Shown here: positions 36,620-49,295 of the stretch, piece by piece | Position numbering within the stretch: the first letter of the stretch is position 1 | Layout of the letters: every line of letters begins with the position of its first letter | Assembly: GCA_052327205.1 (NCBI GenBank) | Contig: CM126204.1 | Coordinates: 323,206,001 to 323,270,000 of the forward strand | DNA: 64,000 nucleotides | Direction of reading: 5' to 3' | Origin: Somniosus microcephalus | Lineage: Eukaryota | Notes under the pieces: generated by a model | The model's input: only the letters and a program-made list of their open reading frames with translations | Database searches by the model: none | What the model was told of the DNA's origin: nothing | Position numbers and translations under genes: made by a program

Positions 36620-37220
36620 AGAGCCCGGACGCGGTGACCCGAAGCCCCCGTGTGCGGATCAGCGCCTCAGGGCCGGCCAGTGCGCGGCCTAGCGCGTGAG
36701 GCCCGGCCGGACTCACCTTAACTCAGGTCGACGCTCTGGGCCGACGTTGACGCGCGCGCTGTCTCCCACCCTGCCAGCCTTTACCAAGATGGCGGCGATG
36801 GCTACGCTCAGCTCAGTCCCGCCCCGCCAGCCTTTACCAAGATGGCGGCGATCGCAGGGCGCGCCCAGCGGGACGGGCGGTGCCTAGCTCGGGCGTGGCT
36901 GGCGAGGAGAGGCCGAGGCTCTGAGGCCTGCAGGCAGCTCATCCACCGGCGAAGGGGGGAAAGCCTGAGTCCCCTTTGCAAAAGGATTTTTTTTTCTTTT
37001 AAAACCAACTTTTTTTTTGCTGGAAATCTATATTTCAAAATAAACACACAGAAAGTGGGATAAATAAATCAATAGTTAGGAATCAAGATGGCGGCCACTC
37101 ACCTCAGCTCAGAAGGATTAGGCCCGCCCACACACGCAATGAAACGCCCCCCGTGACGCACCGATTGGTCAACCATCAGGTTAATCCCCTGTACGATTGG
37201 TCAACCATCACGTCACTCAA
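36620..37220. promoter_or_regulatory. CpG-island/promoter-like cassette within the Helitron
   Basis: CAAGATGGCGGC (YY1 consensus) at 36785, 36838 and 37084; GC box CCCGCCC; TGACG half-sites; CGATTGG (CCAAT) twice in a 17-bp direct repeat. Confidence 0.5.
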
Positions 37221-38389
37221 CGCTAATGAGCGGAATGTTGCCATTTTTTGAACCTTTTTTGTATACTGTCCGAACAATTTTTGTCTGACCAAAAAGTAAA
37301 TACGCCTATTATACTCCCCTAATGATAAGCTTTCTTTTGATATAACATGCGTGTAGGTACGCTCTATAATATTTGAGTGTATAGCGGACAGACAGACAAA
37401 CAGACAGACAAACCAACCGCTTTTTATATATATATAGATAGATAAAAAGGAGAAAGACGCTGGAATGCAGCTTCTTGACATAATTGTGTCACTGAGCACA
37501 GCTGCCGCTACTCATTTTTCATCTTTATATAAACAAAGGTAAAAGTTCCTTTAAAAAAAACCCAGAACATATTGATTGACCATCTACTACAACACTGCTA
37601 TTCTGTGGTCACCCACGTGGTGCAAAGCAGTTCAGTTTTGGAGTAGCACAATTGAGGCATTGATGCCACTTTAATTCCTTTTAAAATTAACGTTGGGAAA
37701 GAGAAATAGCCTGAGTTTTTTAAAAAAAATGTATTTTAAATTGTAAAATTAATATAAAGTACTTTTGGATTTCTTGCACCATTAAACCTAAAAGTAACAT
37801 TCATATTTCATGGATTATTCAAAAGGTCCTAAAGTGATCCTTCAGGCTATCTCCACATTTTTCGAAAAGGAAACAGCTAACAGTTTTCTTATGAAGAACC
37901 CAGCATCAGGAAGTTTGAAATGATGAATCTACATCTGGAAATATTATTGCTGATATTAAGATGTTTTAGGTAGCTTAATCTAATACAATGTCATTTACTT
38001 AAGACCAGAAGGGCAGTTTATCTGTCTAGATGGGTGGAAGGCGGACTTTAGGGATGTACGTGGAGAGGGAAAAATGGACCGTTTGACAACATGATGTTGT
38101 AAACTGAAGGAACAGTATGAAGGCATGGCTGAGGTTCAGTTTATGTCATCATTAATAGAAATGTCCAAAAACAAAAAGAGAATAGCATGTTTGAAAATAG
38201 AATTTAAGGCATTATGGTTTTTAATACGTTTGATTCTAAATTGACAAGGGACCTTTCATCTATCAGATTTGTTATTTTGGTGCTGTTATTCATGGACTGG
38301 GTCTTGCCTTAATAATAAAACACTTAATGTTGTATTCTATATTTCTACCATCTCTCGCTTTATAACATTCTGCTTTGTAATTTAATCTA

Positions 38390-39200
38390 AAACCAATTAT
38401 GACAGTGTCTGTGTACATGGATGTATTAGAAAATGACTTCAGTCATATTGAATTGATTGTTGCATAATTTACCTGATTCAGGTGATTAATTTGCAGATTC
38501 TGTTTTTGATGGCGCAAAGAATGGCGGAATTATTCACAAATTATTTGGCGAAGGCGATAAATTATGGAACATTGTTCAACCTCAGGCGACATCATCTCAA
38601 ATTAATTAAGCAAATAATTAGACCCTCCCCTTTAAAAAAAAATCGATTGGAAGAGTGTACATGCTGCTGAGTGATGATTCTCCTTGAGTCATTCCCAAGT
38701 GCAACAACATACACGGGATGTGGCATTTTTCAGGATTATCCAGTATGTCAACTTAATTTGACTGAAAGTTATTGGATGAAAACAATTTGGCGAACAAAGA
38801 GGTATTTGCAAAGAGAATATTTTGTATAATAAAAGGGCAGAGCCATTAAAGGCCTATAAAGACACTTTACCTTATTGATCAGGGGGAAGGAGCTGTGATC
38901 ACAGCATCATGTCATCAAATGTGTCTGTCATTACTGATCTTTTGATTTCAATAAAAACTAAGATTTAAAAGAACCATTGAAAAAATATTGCGCTGTCGAA
39001 GATCTGGGTTTCCAGAGTGGGCTGTTCCTGGAACAGACAGGAACAGTCAACTTCAAAAGTGCCCGGCAAGGTGACAACAACCCTTTAATAGAAGATTGCT
39101 TGGGATGGTGAAACAATGTTGGTAACTTTTGACACATTTATTGCTAAAAAGTTTCCCCTAAGGAAATCGTGGGCTTGGTAAGTAAAAGAATAGTTGAGTA
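38390..39200. promoter_or_regulatory. Candidate conserved non-coding element
   Basis: Repeat-free and dense in TAAT/TGATTAAT/TAATTAA, TGACAG and ACAAAG/ACAAT motifs. Inference only. Confidence 0.4.
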
Positions 39201-42200
39201 GCAGATTGTCACTGAGGCTTTCATTAACTTAAAGCAATGTTTATTTGCTTAGAACTTCCAGCAGTCTGTGCACCTGTAAGAGGCTCAGTCATTTACATTC
39301 TGTTCTGGATCAAATTCAAATTAGACCAGATTTTTCCATTTACATCAGATTTTCTATATTTGAAAGTGGATTTAGTCAAGCGGGCTCTCAGAGGGGAACT
39401 GGTGAAAGCTGAATTAACAGATAGTAAGTACATACAAATGGGGATAGCTTTCTTAAAGGGACAGACCACCATGTCTGACTTGGGGAAATTCAGATCAAAT
39501 TTTGAAGTTGAAATTGATTTAGGATTTCATTCCTACATGACAGTAAATACCCATGTAACACTTTTCAAACAAAAAAAAATCTTTGTAAAAGTAAATTTTC
39601 ATAGCTCCTCAGCACTGGGTCAAAGTGATTACTTTAATTTCAATATTTCTCATGCTGGGTTATGGAAGATTCTACACAAGAGGAGAAATCAGTAGGCTGG
39701 TGATAGTGGACCTTTTTACACAAATGTTTATATTTTATCTCATCATTAGAGCCTGATCCGGCAAGCTAAACGTAAACCTAAGGAATATCTAAGTTAACTG
39801 AAGGAATACACTGCCATCTCGTGCAGTCAAAGTGGACTTGATTGAAAACTTCGGAAAAGAAACAGATTCCCAATTCAACTGAAGGGGTAGAGGGGTCGTC
39901 GAATACGATGTTCTCGACCAAACCCCTTTACTGTGTTACAACCCATTCCCAACCATTGCTGTTAGCTTGAGAGAGAGAGAGTTAGAATACAGCGCGTTGC
40001 TCATTTCACCAGTTGCAGGAAAGGTACACATTCTTGCTGGGGAATAAAGAAGGAAATTTCCTGGGAACCTTTTCAAAGTAATTCCTTTTTTTCAAATTAA
40101 ACTTTACAAGGATGTTCAGATATTTAAGGGAAGAGATGGAGCATATTAAATCTAAAAAAATAATTTCAGATATGCCACTGCCGCTCCAGTTTTGTTTAAT
40201 TTCCAACGCTATTTTTAACGTTTTCTTAATTGTCAGATATCCTGAGGAGCTGAGGGGAAGGTCACACGTCACCAAGGTACACCCGAGCAACCTCAAGGTT
40301 GTGGCTTTGGAAGATGTTGTTAAAAACCTGTATCAACAGTGCCTCAAGTGGAATTGTCTGGGCCCTGCCTATTCATTAGTGGTCGCAGCTGTGCAGCCGT
40401 TCAATTACTTGGAAATAATAAGTACATTTAGTAGTGAATTAAATATTAATTAGTCTTCAGCGAGTTCCTTTTTAGCATTGGGAGCCAGAAATGGAATGTC
40501 TGGAGCATGGAGTTCCTGGTGCCAGAATGAGGAGAGACAGAGAAGTGTGCAAATATCTTTATTTGTTCTTACTCGCTCTCTGTGCCTCTTTTTATTTTCT
40601 TTCTCTCACACCCATCCCAAGGTGAAACGAAGGCAGGCTGCAGAGGAGAGGACTGGCATGATCTTGTGATTAAACAAAAGGATTCAGCCAACATGTGTAA
40701 AATTAAGTGATCAAGAGTTGATTACAGAGTATATTGATTGTGTACTGATGGATTAAATAGAGTCGTGATCTGGGTGAGATTCGAGGGAGAGAGAATTTAC
40801 TAGTTAGCAAGGAGCTGCTGGGCCAGCCGCGGCTTTTCATACATTTTTGGAATAAATCTGTGGAGAACGCGCGGAATTATAATCGATTATCCATTTCTCA
40901 AAGTCACTTAAGGGGCCAGAGCAACGAGCTAAGTGCGTGGGGCGACAATTCCTAGTCCATATGCATCGTCATGTGTGTGTGCTGGAGGGGTGGAAACAGC
41001 ACTGACCCTGCGTGCTGCAAGCTGATGAATCCATTTTCTTGTAGGAAATAGTTTTGACAATCCAATATCTGTGTTTCGATATGTGCCCCCCAGGGAAAAG
41101 ACACTGCCCCAGTCGCCCTTTCAAATTATAGGCATATCAGTATATCACTATCCTAACAGGCTGCCCTCCAAGTCAAGGACATAGGCGCTTAACTGTGGTG
41201 TGAATAATTTTATTTTATTATTATTTTTAAAGAGACCTTCTCTTAGCAAAACATCTTACAGGATTTTGAAATTGCCCTACAGGATCAAATTAGATCTTGT
41301 AAGACATCGTAGAAAAAGTGCTGCAAGATTTATAGTCTGCCTTATGGAACCCTACAGGATTTATCCTACAGAATGATGAAAATCCTATATAGGATTTTGA
41401 ATAGTGTACTGTAGGGTATTATTTGTAAGTGTTATCTATTTTCTTAACATACCTTAATGATTTGAATGGGGAAAATTGTCATTAGAAATTTCTAGCTTCC
41501 AAGCAATAATTCCTGTTTGGAAGCAGCAGGCTTGTTCAGGAGCCTGAAAGATGGTCTTAGAAATAAAAACCTTTTTTTTTTAACAATGCTGATTTTTTTT
41601 TCATTACTTGGGTCCAGCTTTAGAAAAGCTTTATTCCTGATGGCCTAGGGTGAGGGGGTGAGAGGAGGGGGGCACATTGTAATGACGCACTGTGTTATGA
41701 ACTGGTTGGAATGCAGGCTCACTTTGTGATCCTTCCCCCCCCCCCACCCCACTCAATGCCGGTTTAATTTAACTGCGGTTTGCACCACGCCTCAGCTGCT
41801 GTGACTTCGGGGCAAACCACTTCCCGAGGAGCATGGAAAGACGGCTGGTGTCATTCGTTGCTACCCTTGCTAACATTTTTGCTGGCAGTTAGAGAATGAC
41901 TTAGGCAGAGGCTAGGGAGCAAGTTTTCTTGGCCAACCACCTAGAATGGATAATGTGGCTTGGTATGGGTGGACAATGGTCTTGATAGAAAGAAAGATTC
42001 ACTTAGAAAACATTTAGAAGGAAGAGAAGCAAATAATATATAAATTACTATGAGGCAGTTCAGCTGTATATTCAAATTGTAACTGTATAAGAATACAGAT
42101 CTCCAGTGGCATTGCTCATGGAGAGTGGAGAAGTGGGATACCCCTGACGTTGGCAGCATAGGTCATTAAAAGTGAGTAAAAGCTCAGATGTGTAGAGGGA

Positions 42201-43259
42201 TCCCAAAAACTGGGAAGAGAAGAAGCATGAATGCAATATTGAGCTACGGCAGCAATAAAGGGTTGGGAGAAGAATAGGAACTCCGGGAATGGGAGTTGAT
42301 GGCAAGGCTGAAGCTTTTGAGAAAGGGGACGGGTTAGGAGGGAAAAGTTGGTGAATGTGTGGTAAGATGTGATGGTTAACTCAGATAAGAACGTAAGAAA
42401 TGATAACTTTTACAAGATTCTTGAATTTTGTATGAGTTTATTATTATATTATATGAATGTAGATGGTCCAGTGAGTGAAGAAGTAATATGGTTGCTGATA
42501 GATTTTGCCACTAGATTCAAAGAAATCACAGGGATAGTTCAGTTAATGAGAAGAATTTAACCTTATTGTGCCTTGGACACACTTAAAGTGGAATGTATGC
42601 TGTACACAAGACTTTTAACTATATATCAACAACACTTACCTTTGACAATACCTGTGATTTTAATACCACATAATGAAATCAAATTATTGCTTCAGAACAT
42701 CAAGGCCATTATTATGTACTTACCTGAACAGTCTCTGGATACATCACAGGAAAGGAAGGTGGGATATGATGAAAGCACACTTAATAATAGGGTCAGAAAT
42801 GCATTGTAAAGTGATGAGAATTTTCCTTTTAAAGAAATATATTCTCAAACTGCGATTACTGCAAGTACAGGTTGTTGTGACATTTCATCTGAAGTTCACA
42901 TTCATTTGATATTTTAAAAAGTATCAATATTAATGATTTTTGCTCCATTTTTATTGGTCTACGTATATTTCCTTATTCTGCGCAAGTGCAGTGTCCCATT
43001 AATTGTAAAGGCTAAGGAAGTTTGGGCTGCTGACCCAGATATAGGCCAATGTGGTTATTGTCGAATGTGTTTGGTGCATAAGCTACATCAAAGTGAGATC
43101 CTAAATTCATGTCAGACTTCTCCCACAGATTTCCAGTGGTACGTTATTTGGCACTCAAAGCTCAGTGATGGGCACCCAGTAAATAGGTACATGTTAGGAG
43201 AGAGAGGGTGAGAGCAAAAGAGAAGTCAGAGTGGGGGAACACTAGTTATTCTTAATCGA

Positions 43260-43920
43260 GGGCCAAAGTTTCTGTGTATGAAAGATTCATGTCAGTGTCA
43301 GACTTTAGCCAGATGCACACGTGAATCCGCGCTTCCCTTCATAAATTATAGTGCTGCCATGCTATACTTCAGTAAAGACAAAAAATTGCACTCCATCACC
43401 GTCTTGCCTGGCTTTTAGCGGTATTGATCATGCTGGTACCTAGTTTACTGAGGCAGTTAAGTGTGGCATCTTATTTTGCGCTGGGATAAATGAAAAGAAT
43501 ATTAGTACGCTGACTTTTCATCCAGTTTTATTGAATCTTTTGAGCAGCTGCCCTTTCGTGTAATGACATCGCTGACAGGGTCCTCATTAAGGCCCAGACA
43601 GTAATTGTGATGCATCTACTGTCCGACATTTTCATTGAGTTTTAGATCTATGGAGCGGTAGGATGTATGGATTCGCTCAGTTTCTCAAATTAATACACAA
43701 CTCGATCCATCAGAGCCCCTTCCATGCTCTTTCATCTTCCCTGTCCCCCGAGGTCCATACGCGGTAATGTGGAGCATCATTCTCCCAGACAACTACACAA
43801 TGTCTCTTTTCTCCTGCTCCTTATTTATTCAATGTTTCTGAGCAAACACGCCAGATAAAGTTGTCAGGCTTTATTAAAGAGGTCCCTGATGAAGTATTTA
43901 TGAAAATCTTAATCAGCTAC
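43260..43920. promoter_or_regulatory. Candidate conserved non-coding element
   Basis: Repeat-free, CpG-retaining, with homeodomain/TALE-type motifs (CATAAATT, TGACAG, TAATT). Inference only. Confidence 0.3.
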
Positions 43921-44640
43921 CTCCAGTCCAAGGGGGGGGGGGAAAGGCAAGGGAGTGTACGTTGAAAAAAGAACTAAAAGACAACAAAAACATTAATATA
44001 GAATTGCATTGATTTCTGAGATTTAAAAAAAAATCTGTGCATTTGCTGGTTGGGATCTCAGTGCAAATGTTTATTAAGGCTGTTTAAAAAAAAAAATTGC
44101 ATTGAGCTTGTATTTTTCTTATAATGTGAGCTGGACCTGGGTTATTCAGAAATATTCAAATTTAAAGCTGAAAAAATCTTAAGATTTGTAAGCATTTTAA
44201 TACTTTTAAATTAGTTAAATGCAAATCATCAAAACACAAGCTTCATTCAACATCTTGGACAATCATTTCTGTATATTTTAATTCTTAAAGAGGGAACCTA
44301 ATCATCAAAATGTCTTTTTCAAAATCAAATATATACAAATCATTATTGGTAACTTAATATTCTGCTTATTTCAGGTGGTTTATTTGGTTCATAGATTTTT
44401 TTAAATTTAATTGCTCAGCGCTGATAGTGACATCACCAGGAGTAATGATTGGGAGGAGTTACATGGTTGACACTAGTGTGAAAAAAGTGTACCAACATAT
44501 GCACGGTTGAAGCTGAATTACTCCTGGGTTAATGACAACCTCTTCTGATATGAATTTTGCTTCTTCACAGCGATGTGCCCAGTCACTCCTGTAAGACAGT
44601 TCCATCCTAGCACTCCGTGATGTTATCAGTACTCACTGGT

Positions 44641-45269
44641 GGGGGCGATTTCCATGTGACTAGTGCTCCGTTCACTCGGAGAAAAAGGGGGCGGTAGGCA
44701 GATGAAAGTGTTTTAATTTTAAATGTCCTCCCGCCCAGTGGCTGCCAGAGGCCACCTCGATTATCAAGTGGGCCGCAAAATGAGCAGCCGGCGCTCCTGC
44801 CCGACACAGGCGGGGCGGCGGATTTAAGTCGGTGTCCTGTGCTGATTGTAGGACCTCGATGCAATTTTCCGGCACCAATAGACGGAGTAGTAGGCCGCTC
44901 CATAAATGGGGCAGGGACTTCAGTGCCATGGATTTTTGTGAGGCCAGGGGGATTAAATAAAAGTATTCTATGGGGAAAAAAATAACAAATTAACCAAATA
45001 AACAGAATCAGTGTCCCACCCACCCCCTATTAATGTTTAACTCCTAGCTCAGCTCAGCGAAGGGTCCCTTGGAGTTCCCCACTCCCACCCACCCCCCAAT
45101 CGGCAAGCTGTCTGTCAGTGCTCGGTGAGTACTTGCAGCTCACAGAACAAATTTACATGAGACCCGACTATGAAAATGGTTCGGGCCTCTCGCTAGTGCC
45201 ATCAGGCAGGTGATGTAATCAGTCCACCCACCACTAGCCCAATGTGCGCTATCATTGAAAACCGGCCCC
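44641..45269. mobile_element. Harbinger-type MITE, degenerate
   Basis: Ends GGGGGCGATTTCCA / TGAAAACCGGCCCC, GC-rich subtermini, AT-rich core. Confidence 0.55.
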
Positions 45270-45879
45270 GTTTTTAAAATTCAACACCACCACCTCAAAG
45301 TTCTTCATAATGGCGCTGAAATTTTGCTGTGGCACACTATCATACAAAGGCTTCTACTTTAGTACAGTAGTCGTATTAACCCATTTATTTTAAGAATAAG
45401 CGAGAGGAATTTCAGACAAATGCACTAACTGTTTGGATGGCAGTATCTTCTGGCATAATTTCAGGGCCCATGTCTTTGTAAGTATGTTTTGAAACAGTTC
45501 CAGATGTTAAAACTTTCCTCTTTAATAAAATGTCAATAGATAAAAGTGAAAAACTGCTGGACATTTCATCAGTCTCTGTAGAGGTAGATTTTACAGGCTT
45601 CAATTTAAAAAATGCAAAGTGGGAACTGCTGAGAGCTGAAGCTTAGTGACAGAGTGCTATATGTTCACACCCCAACCTTAGAGACGCCAAGAAGATGGTA
45701 GTCCTGATTGGCAGGACAGCCATCCCATGGTGAGTTTTTTTTAATTGAACAGGGACCTGTATTTTTTTAAACTAATAATTGAAGGTTAAAAAAATGAGGC
45801 ATAGAGAGTCACTGCTGGACTTTCATTATTCTTCTACATGGAGCTTCTACTGAAGTGGTTTGATTCATTGTGCATATGC

Positions 45880-46078
45880 ATGTGTACACACACATACATC
45901 TATATAAACACACACACATCTATACACACACTTATATACATACACATACACGTCTACACACATACATTTATACTTCTGTATGCAGACACACGTCTACACA
46001 CACGCACATGTCCACACGCACATGTCTACACACACACATCTGCACACACATCTATACACACACACATCTATGCACAGG
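45880..46078. repeat. CA-rich cryptic microsatellite
   Basis: Repeated CACACACATCTATA-like units. Confidence 0.9.
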
Positions 46079-46184
46079 CAAATGCGATTATTATATTATG
46101 AATTTAAAATACCTGAATGCACAGAGTCTATGGCCTTATCAAGTCTCGATACCTCCCTCACAAAACCATAAATGTTCAGTATCT

Positions 46185-46735
46185 CCCGACTATGCACTGA
46201 ACAGACTACACTTAGAGCACTGTGTTCAGCTTTGGTCAACATGCCACAAAAGAAGATATACATACATTGGAAAGGGAAGAAAAAAGCAACATTATTGTTC
46301 CCAAGTGTAAAAGGAGATAAGCAATGAAGAAAGACTAGAGAACCTAAGCTTTACCATCTAGAAAGAAGATGGTTAGGGGAGAAACCTCATCAAAATATTT
46401 ATTAAAATATTATAGATAATGTATATAGTCTGGCACAGACACGATGGGCTGAATGGCCTCCTTCTGTGCCATAAATTTCTATGATTCTATGAAAGTGAAC
46501 TCTGATTATTACTTTAAAAAGTAAATGAAGAAATAGGACCAGAGATTATAAATTTGAATTAGTGAAAAATAAATTTAAAACAGATATCAAGAACAACTTT
46601 TTGTTCAAATAGTGTTAATTGCCAGGCAGGGAAGCAGAGACATGAATATTGGAGTGGTTCAAAATACATTTGGATGCTGTGATAGGAAAGTTAGGATATT
46701 ATGGGGAAGAATTTTGATGGACCATATGATCTAGA
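46185..46735 (+). mobile_element. Old CR1 fragment with an inserted short tail (46430-46492)
   Basis: ALNRLHLEHCVQLWS remnant; tail GATGGGCTGAATGGCCTCCTTCTGTGCC...TTCTATGATTCTATGA. Confidence 0.6.
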
Positions 46736-47677
46736 TGGAATATCTCCAAGTTTGCAGACGACACAAAGCTGGGTGGGCGTGTGTGCTGTGAGGAGGATGC
46801 CGAGAAACTCCAGTATGATTTGGACAGGTTGGGTGATATGGCAGATGCAGTATAACGTGGATAAATGCGAGGTTATCCACTTTGGTGGCAAAAACAGGAA
46901 GGCAGATTATTATCTGAACGGCAATAGATTGGGAGAAGGGGAAGTGCAACGAGACCTGGGTGTCCTTGTGCACCAGTCGCTGAAGGTAAGTATGCAGGTG
47001 CAACAGGCGGTTAAGAAGGCAAATGGTATGTTGGCCTTCGCAGCGAGAGGGTTTGAGTACAGGAACAAGGATGTCTTGCTGCAGTTGTACAGGGCCTTGG
47101 TGAGACTACACCTTGAGTATAGTGTACGGTTTTGGTCGCCTTATCTGAGGAAGGATGTTCTTGCCATGGAGGGAGTGCAGCGAAGATTCACCAGACTGAT
47201 ACCTGGGATGGCAGGAATGACGTATGAGGAGAGATTGGGTCGATTGGACTTATACTCGCTGGAGTTTAGAAGAATGAGAGGGGATCTCATTGAAACTTAT
47301 AAAATTCTAACAGGACTAGGCAGACTAGATGCAGGAAGGATGTTCCCGATGGCGGGGGAGTCCAGAACCAGGGGTCACAGTCTAAGGATAAGGGGTAAGC
47401 CATTTAGGACAGAGATGAGGAGGAATTTCTTCACCCAGAGAGTGGTGAACCTGTGGAATTCTCTACCACAGAAGGCAGTAGAGGCCAATTCATTAAATAT
47501 ATTCAAGAAGGAGTTGGATATATTTCTTAAGGCTAAAGGGATCAAGGGATATGGGGAGAAGGAAGGGACAGGGTACTGAGTTTGGATGATCAGCCATGAT
47601 CTCATTGAATGGCGGAGCAGGCTCGAGGGGCCAAATGGCCTACTCCTGCTCCTATCTTCTATGTTTCTATGTTTCTC
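46736..47677 (+). mobile_element. CR1 LINE 3' fragment, young
   Basis: ISKFADDTKL, then an open frame to 47579 (WQMQYNVDKCEVIHFG...RGHSLRIRGKPFRTEMRRNFFTQRVVNLWNSLP), with a (TTCTATGT)n tail. Confidence 0.95.
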
Positions 47678-47824
47678 ATTGCTGACTTTTCTTGCATTTT
47701 AGGGACTTTTTTGGGCAGCCTCTTTTTCTGGTCCACTCCTTCATGGATTTATCATGTCTGTGTAATTTTTTAGTTATTGTTATCATGCAATTTTATTAAA
47801 ACTGAGATACACAAAAAAAAAACA

Positions 47825-49295
47825 GGGACTACAAATGCTGGATATCTAAAACAAAATAAGAAAATGCTGGCAATACATACCAGGGCAGCTAATATCTGTA
47901 GAGAGAAAAGACAAGTTAATGTTTTGGGCCGAGCTTTTCTTCAGAACTATAAACTGAAAGATAAACACCAGCATTTTAGTAGAATTGGAAGAAAAGTGTG
48001 ATGGGGAACAACAGATACTTCAATCACAGAGTGGAATTTAATGGAAATTTAATTTAAACTTAAACTTAAATGAAAAGCTAGCAATTGTTACTGATGTTAA
48101 AAGTTCATCTCAGTAAGGCCTCAAAAAATGTTCAACTAACTAAAACAATAAAAGTATACCTAAATTTGGGCCGTGGACAATGCTGTGGAAGAGAGAAATG
48201 AATAGGCGCTGCACTTGCTGTAGTTGTATAGTAAAGTGCCAGGGGGAGAGCAGCAGGAAGTTAGGGTGGTGGAAGAATGAACAAGGTTTCTTGAAGGGTT
48301 CAGTCCCTCTAGAAAGCAGAGCAGGGTGTGTGGGGGAACATGTGCTTAAAGATTGGATTATGTGGAAAGTGGCAGCAATGGCAGATGATGATCTGGTGAA
48401 TACAGAGGCTGGTGCAATAGAATGTAAGGACAAGGATGAACCTGCTGCTGTTCTAGGAGGAGGGGAGGGGTTGACGGTAGGAAAACGGGAGGATGCAGTT
48501 GGAGGTCCTGTCGACCACTGTTGAGAAGATACCTCAGCTGAGAAAAAAGGAGGACATTTCAGAACCTCTGGTGCAGAAGGTGGAGCCATCGGAACAAATG
48601 TAATAGATCCGGAGAAACTGAGAGGAAGAGGTATCAGTAAAAAGAAGTTTATTGTCGGGAGTTGTGGGTGACAGTGGGCTTGTAATAGATATCTTTGCCC
48701 TTCTCTAGAGATAAAGAGAGAAATCTAAGAAGGGAAAGGAAGAGTCAGAGATGAGCCAAGTGAAGGTGAAGGGTGAATGGAAATTTGATCCATAGTTAAT
48801 GAAATTCTCAAGATCAGAGTGAAAGCAGAAAGCGGCACTCATATAGTCATCAATGTAATGGAAGAAAAGTCAGAGTTGGTGCTTGAGTAGGACTGGAACA
48901 AAGTGTTCCACATGCCCTACAAAAAGAAAGGCATACCTGGGATCCGTGCAGATTCCCGCAGTCATACATTTAGTTGGAGGAAGTGAAGGGAGATAAAAGA
49001 GTTAATACTGGTGAGAACAAGTTAAGCCAGATAGAGGGTGGTGGTGATGCAGACTGGTTGAGCCACTGTTTAAGGAAGAAGTGGAGGACCCAGAGACTGT
49101 CGTGGTGAGGGATGAAAGTATAGTGGAACTGTATGTCCATGGTGAGAAGAATATTTTGGGGGCTGGGAAACCTGAAGTTGTCAAAGTAGCAGAGGACATC
49201 AGAGGAGTCACGGTAGATGAATGGAGACTACACAAGGAGGGAAAAAATAGAGTCAAGAAAAGGGAAAATTAGGTCAGTGGGACAGGAATAGAATG
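47825..49295 (-). mobile_element. Degenerate Penelope-like element with pLTR (47825-47955)
   Basis: The reverse complement parallels 14812-16460 (FFHYIDD-like; MAPPSAPEV corresponds to MPPSTPV). The pLTR contains a decayed hammerhead AGTTCTGAAGAAAAGCTCGGCCCAAAACATTAAC. Confidence 0.75.

Larger units (their letters stand above)
35014..37442 (-). mobile_element. Non-autonomous Helitron
   Basis: The minus strand begins A|TCTATCTATATATATATAAAAAGCGG followed by a (GTCT)n microsatellite. It ends with GC hairpin CCCTCGGCACCGCCGGG then CTAG|T, giving an A/T target with no TSD. The interior spans assembly gaps. Confidence 0.75.

Noticed and set aside
35214-36692. 492-aa ORF
   Set aside because: Artefact of N gaps and CT-rich low-complexity sequence.
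39237-39695. 152-aa ORF as an additional exon
   Set aside because: No recognisable homology or convincing splice signals; a chance ORF in AT-rich intron.
45838-46310. His/Thr-rich ORFs
   Set aside because: Translation of a CA microsatellite.
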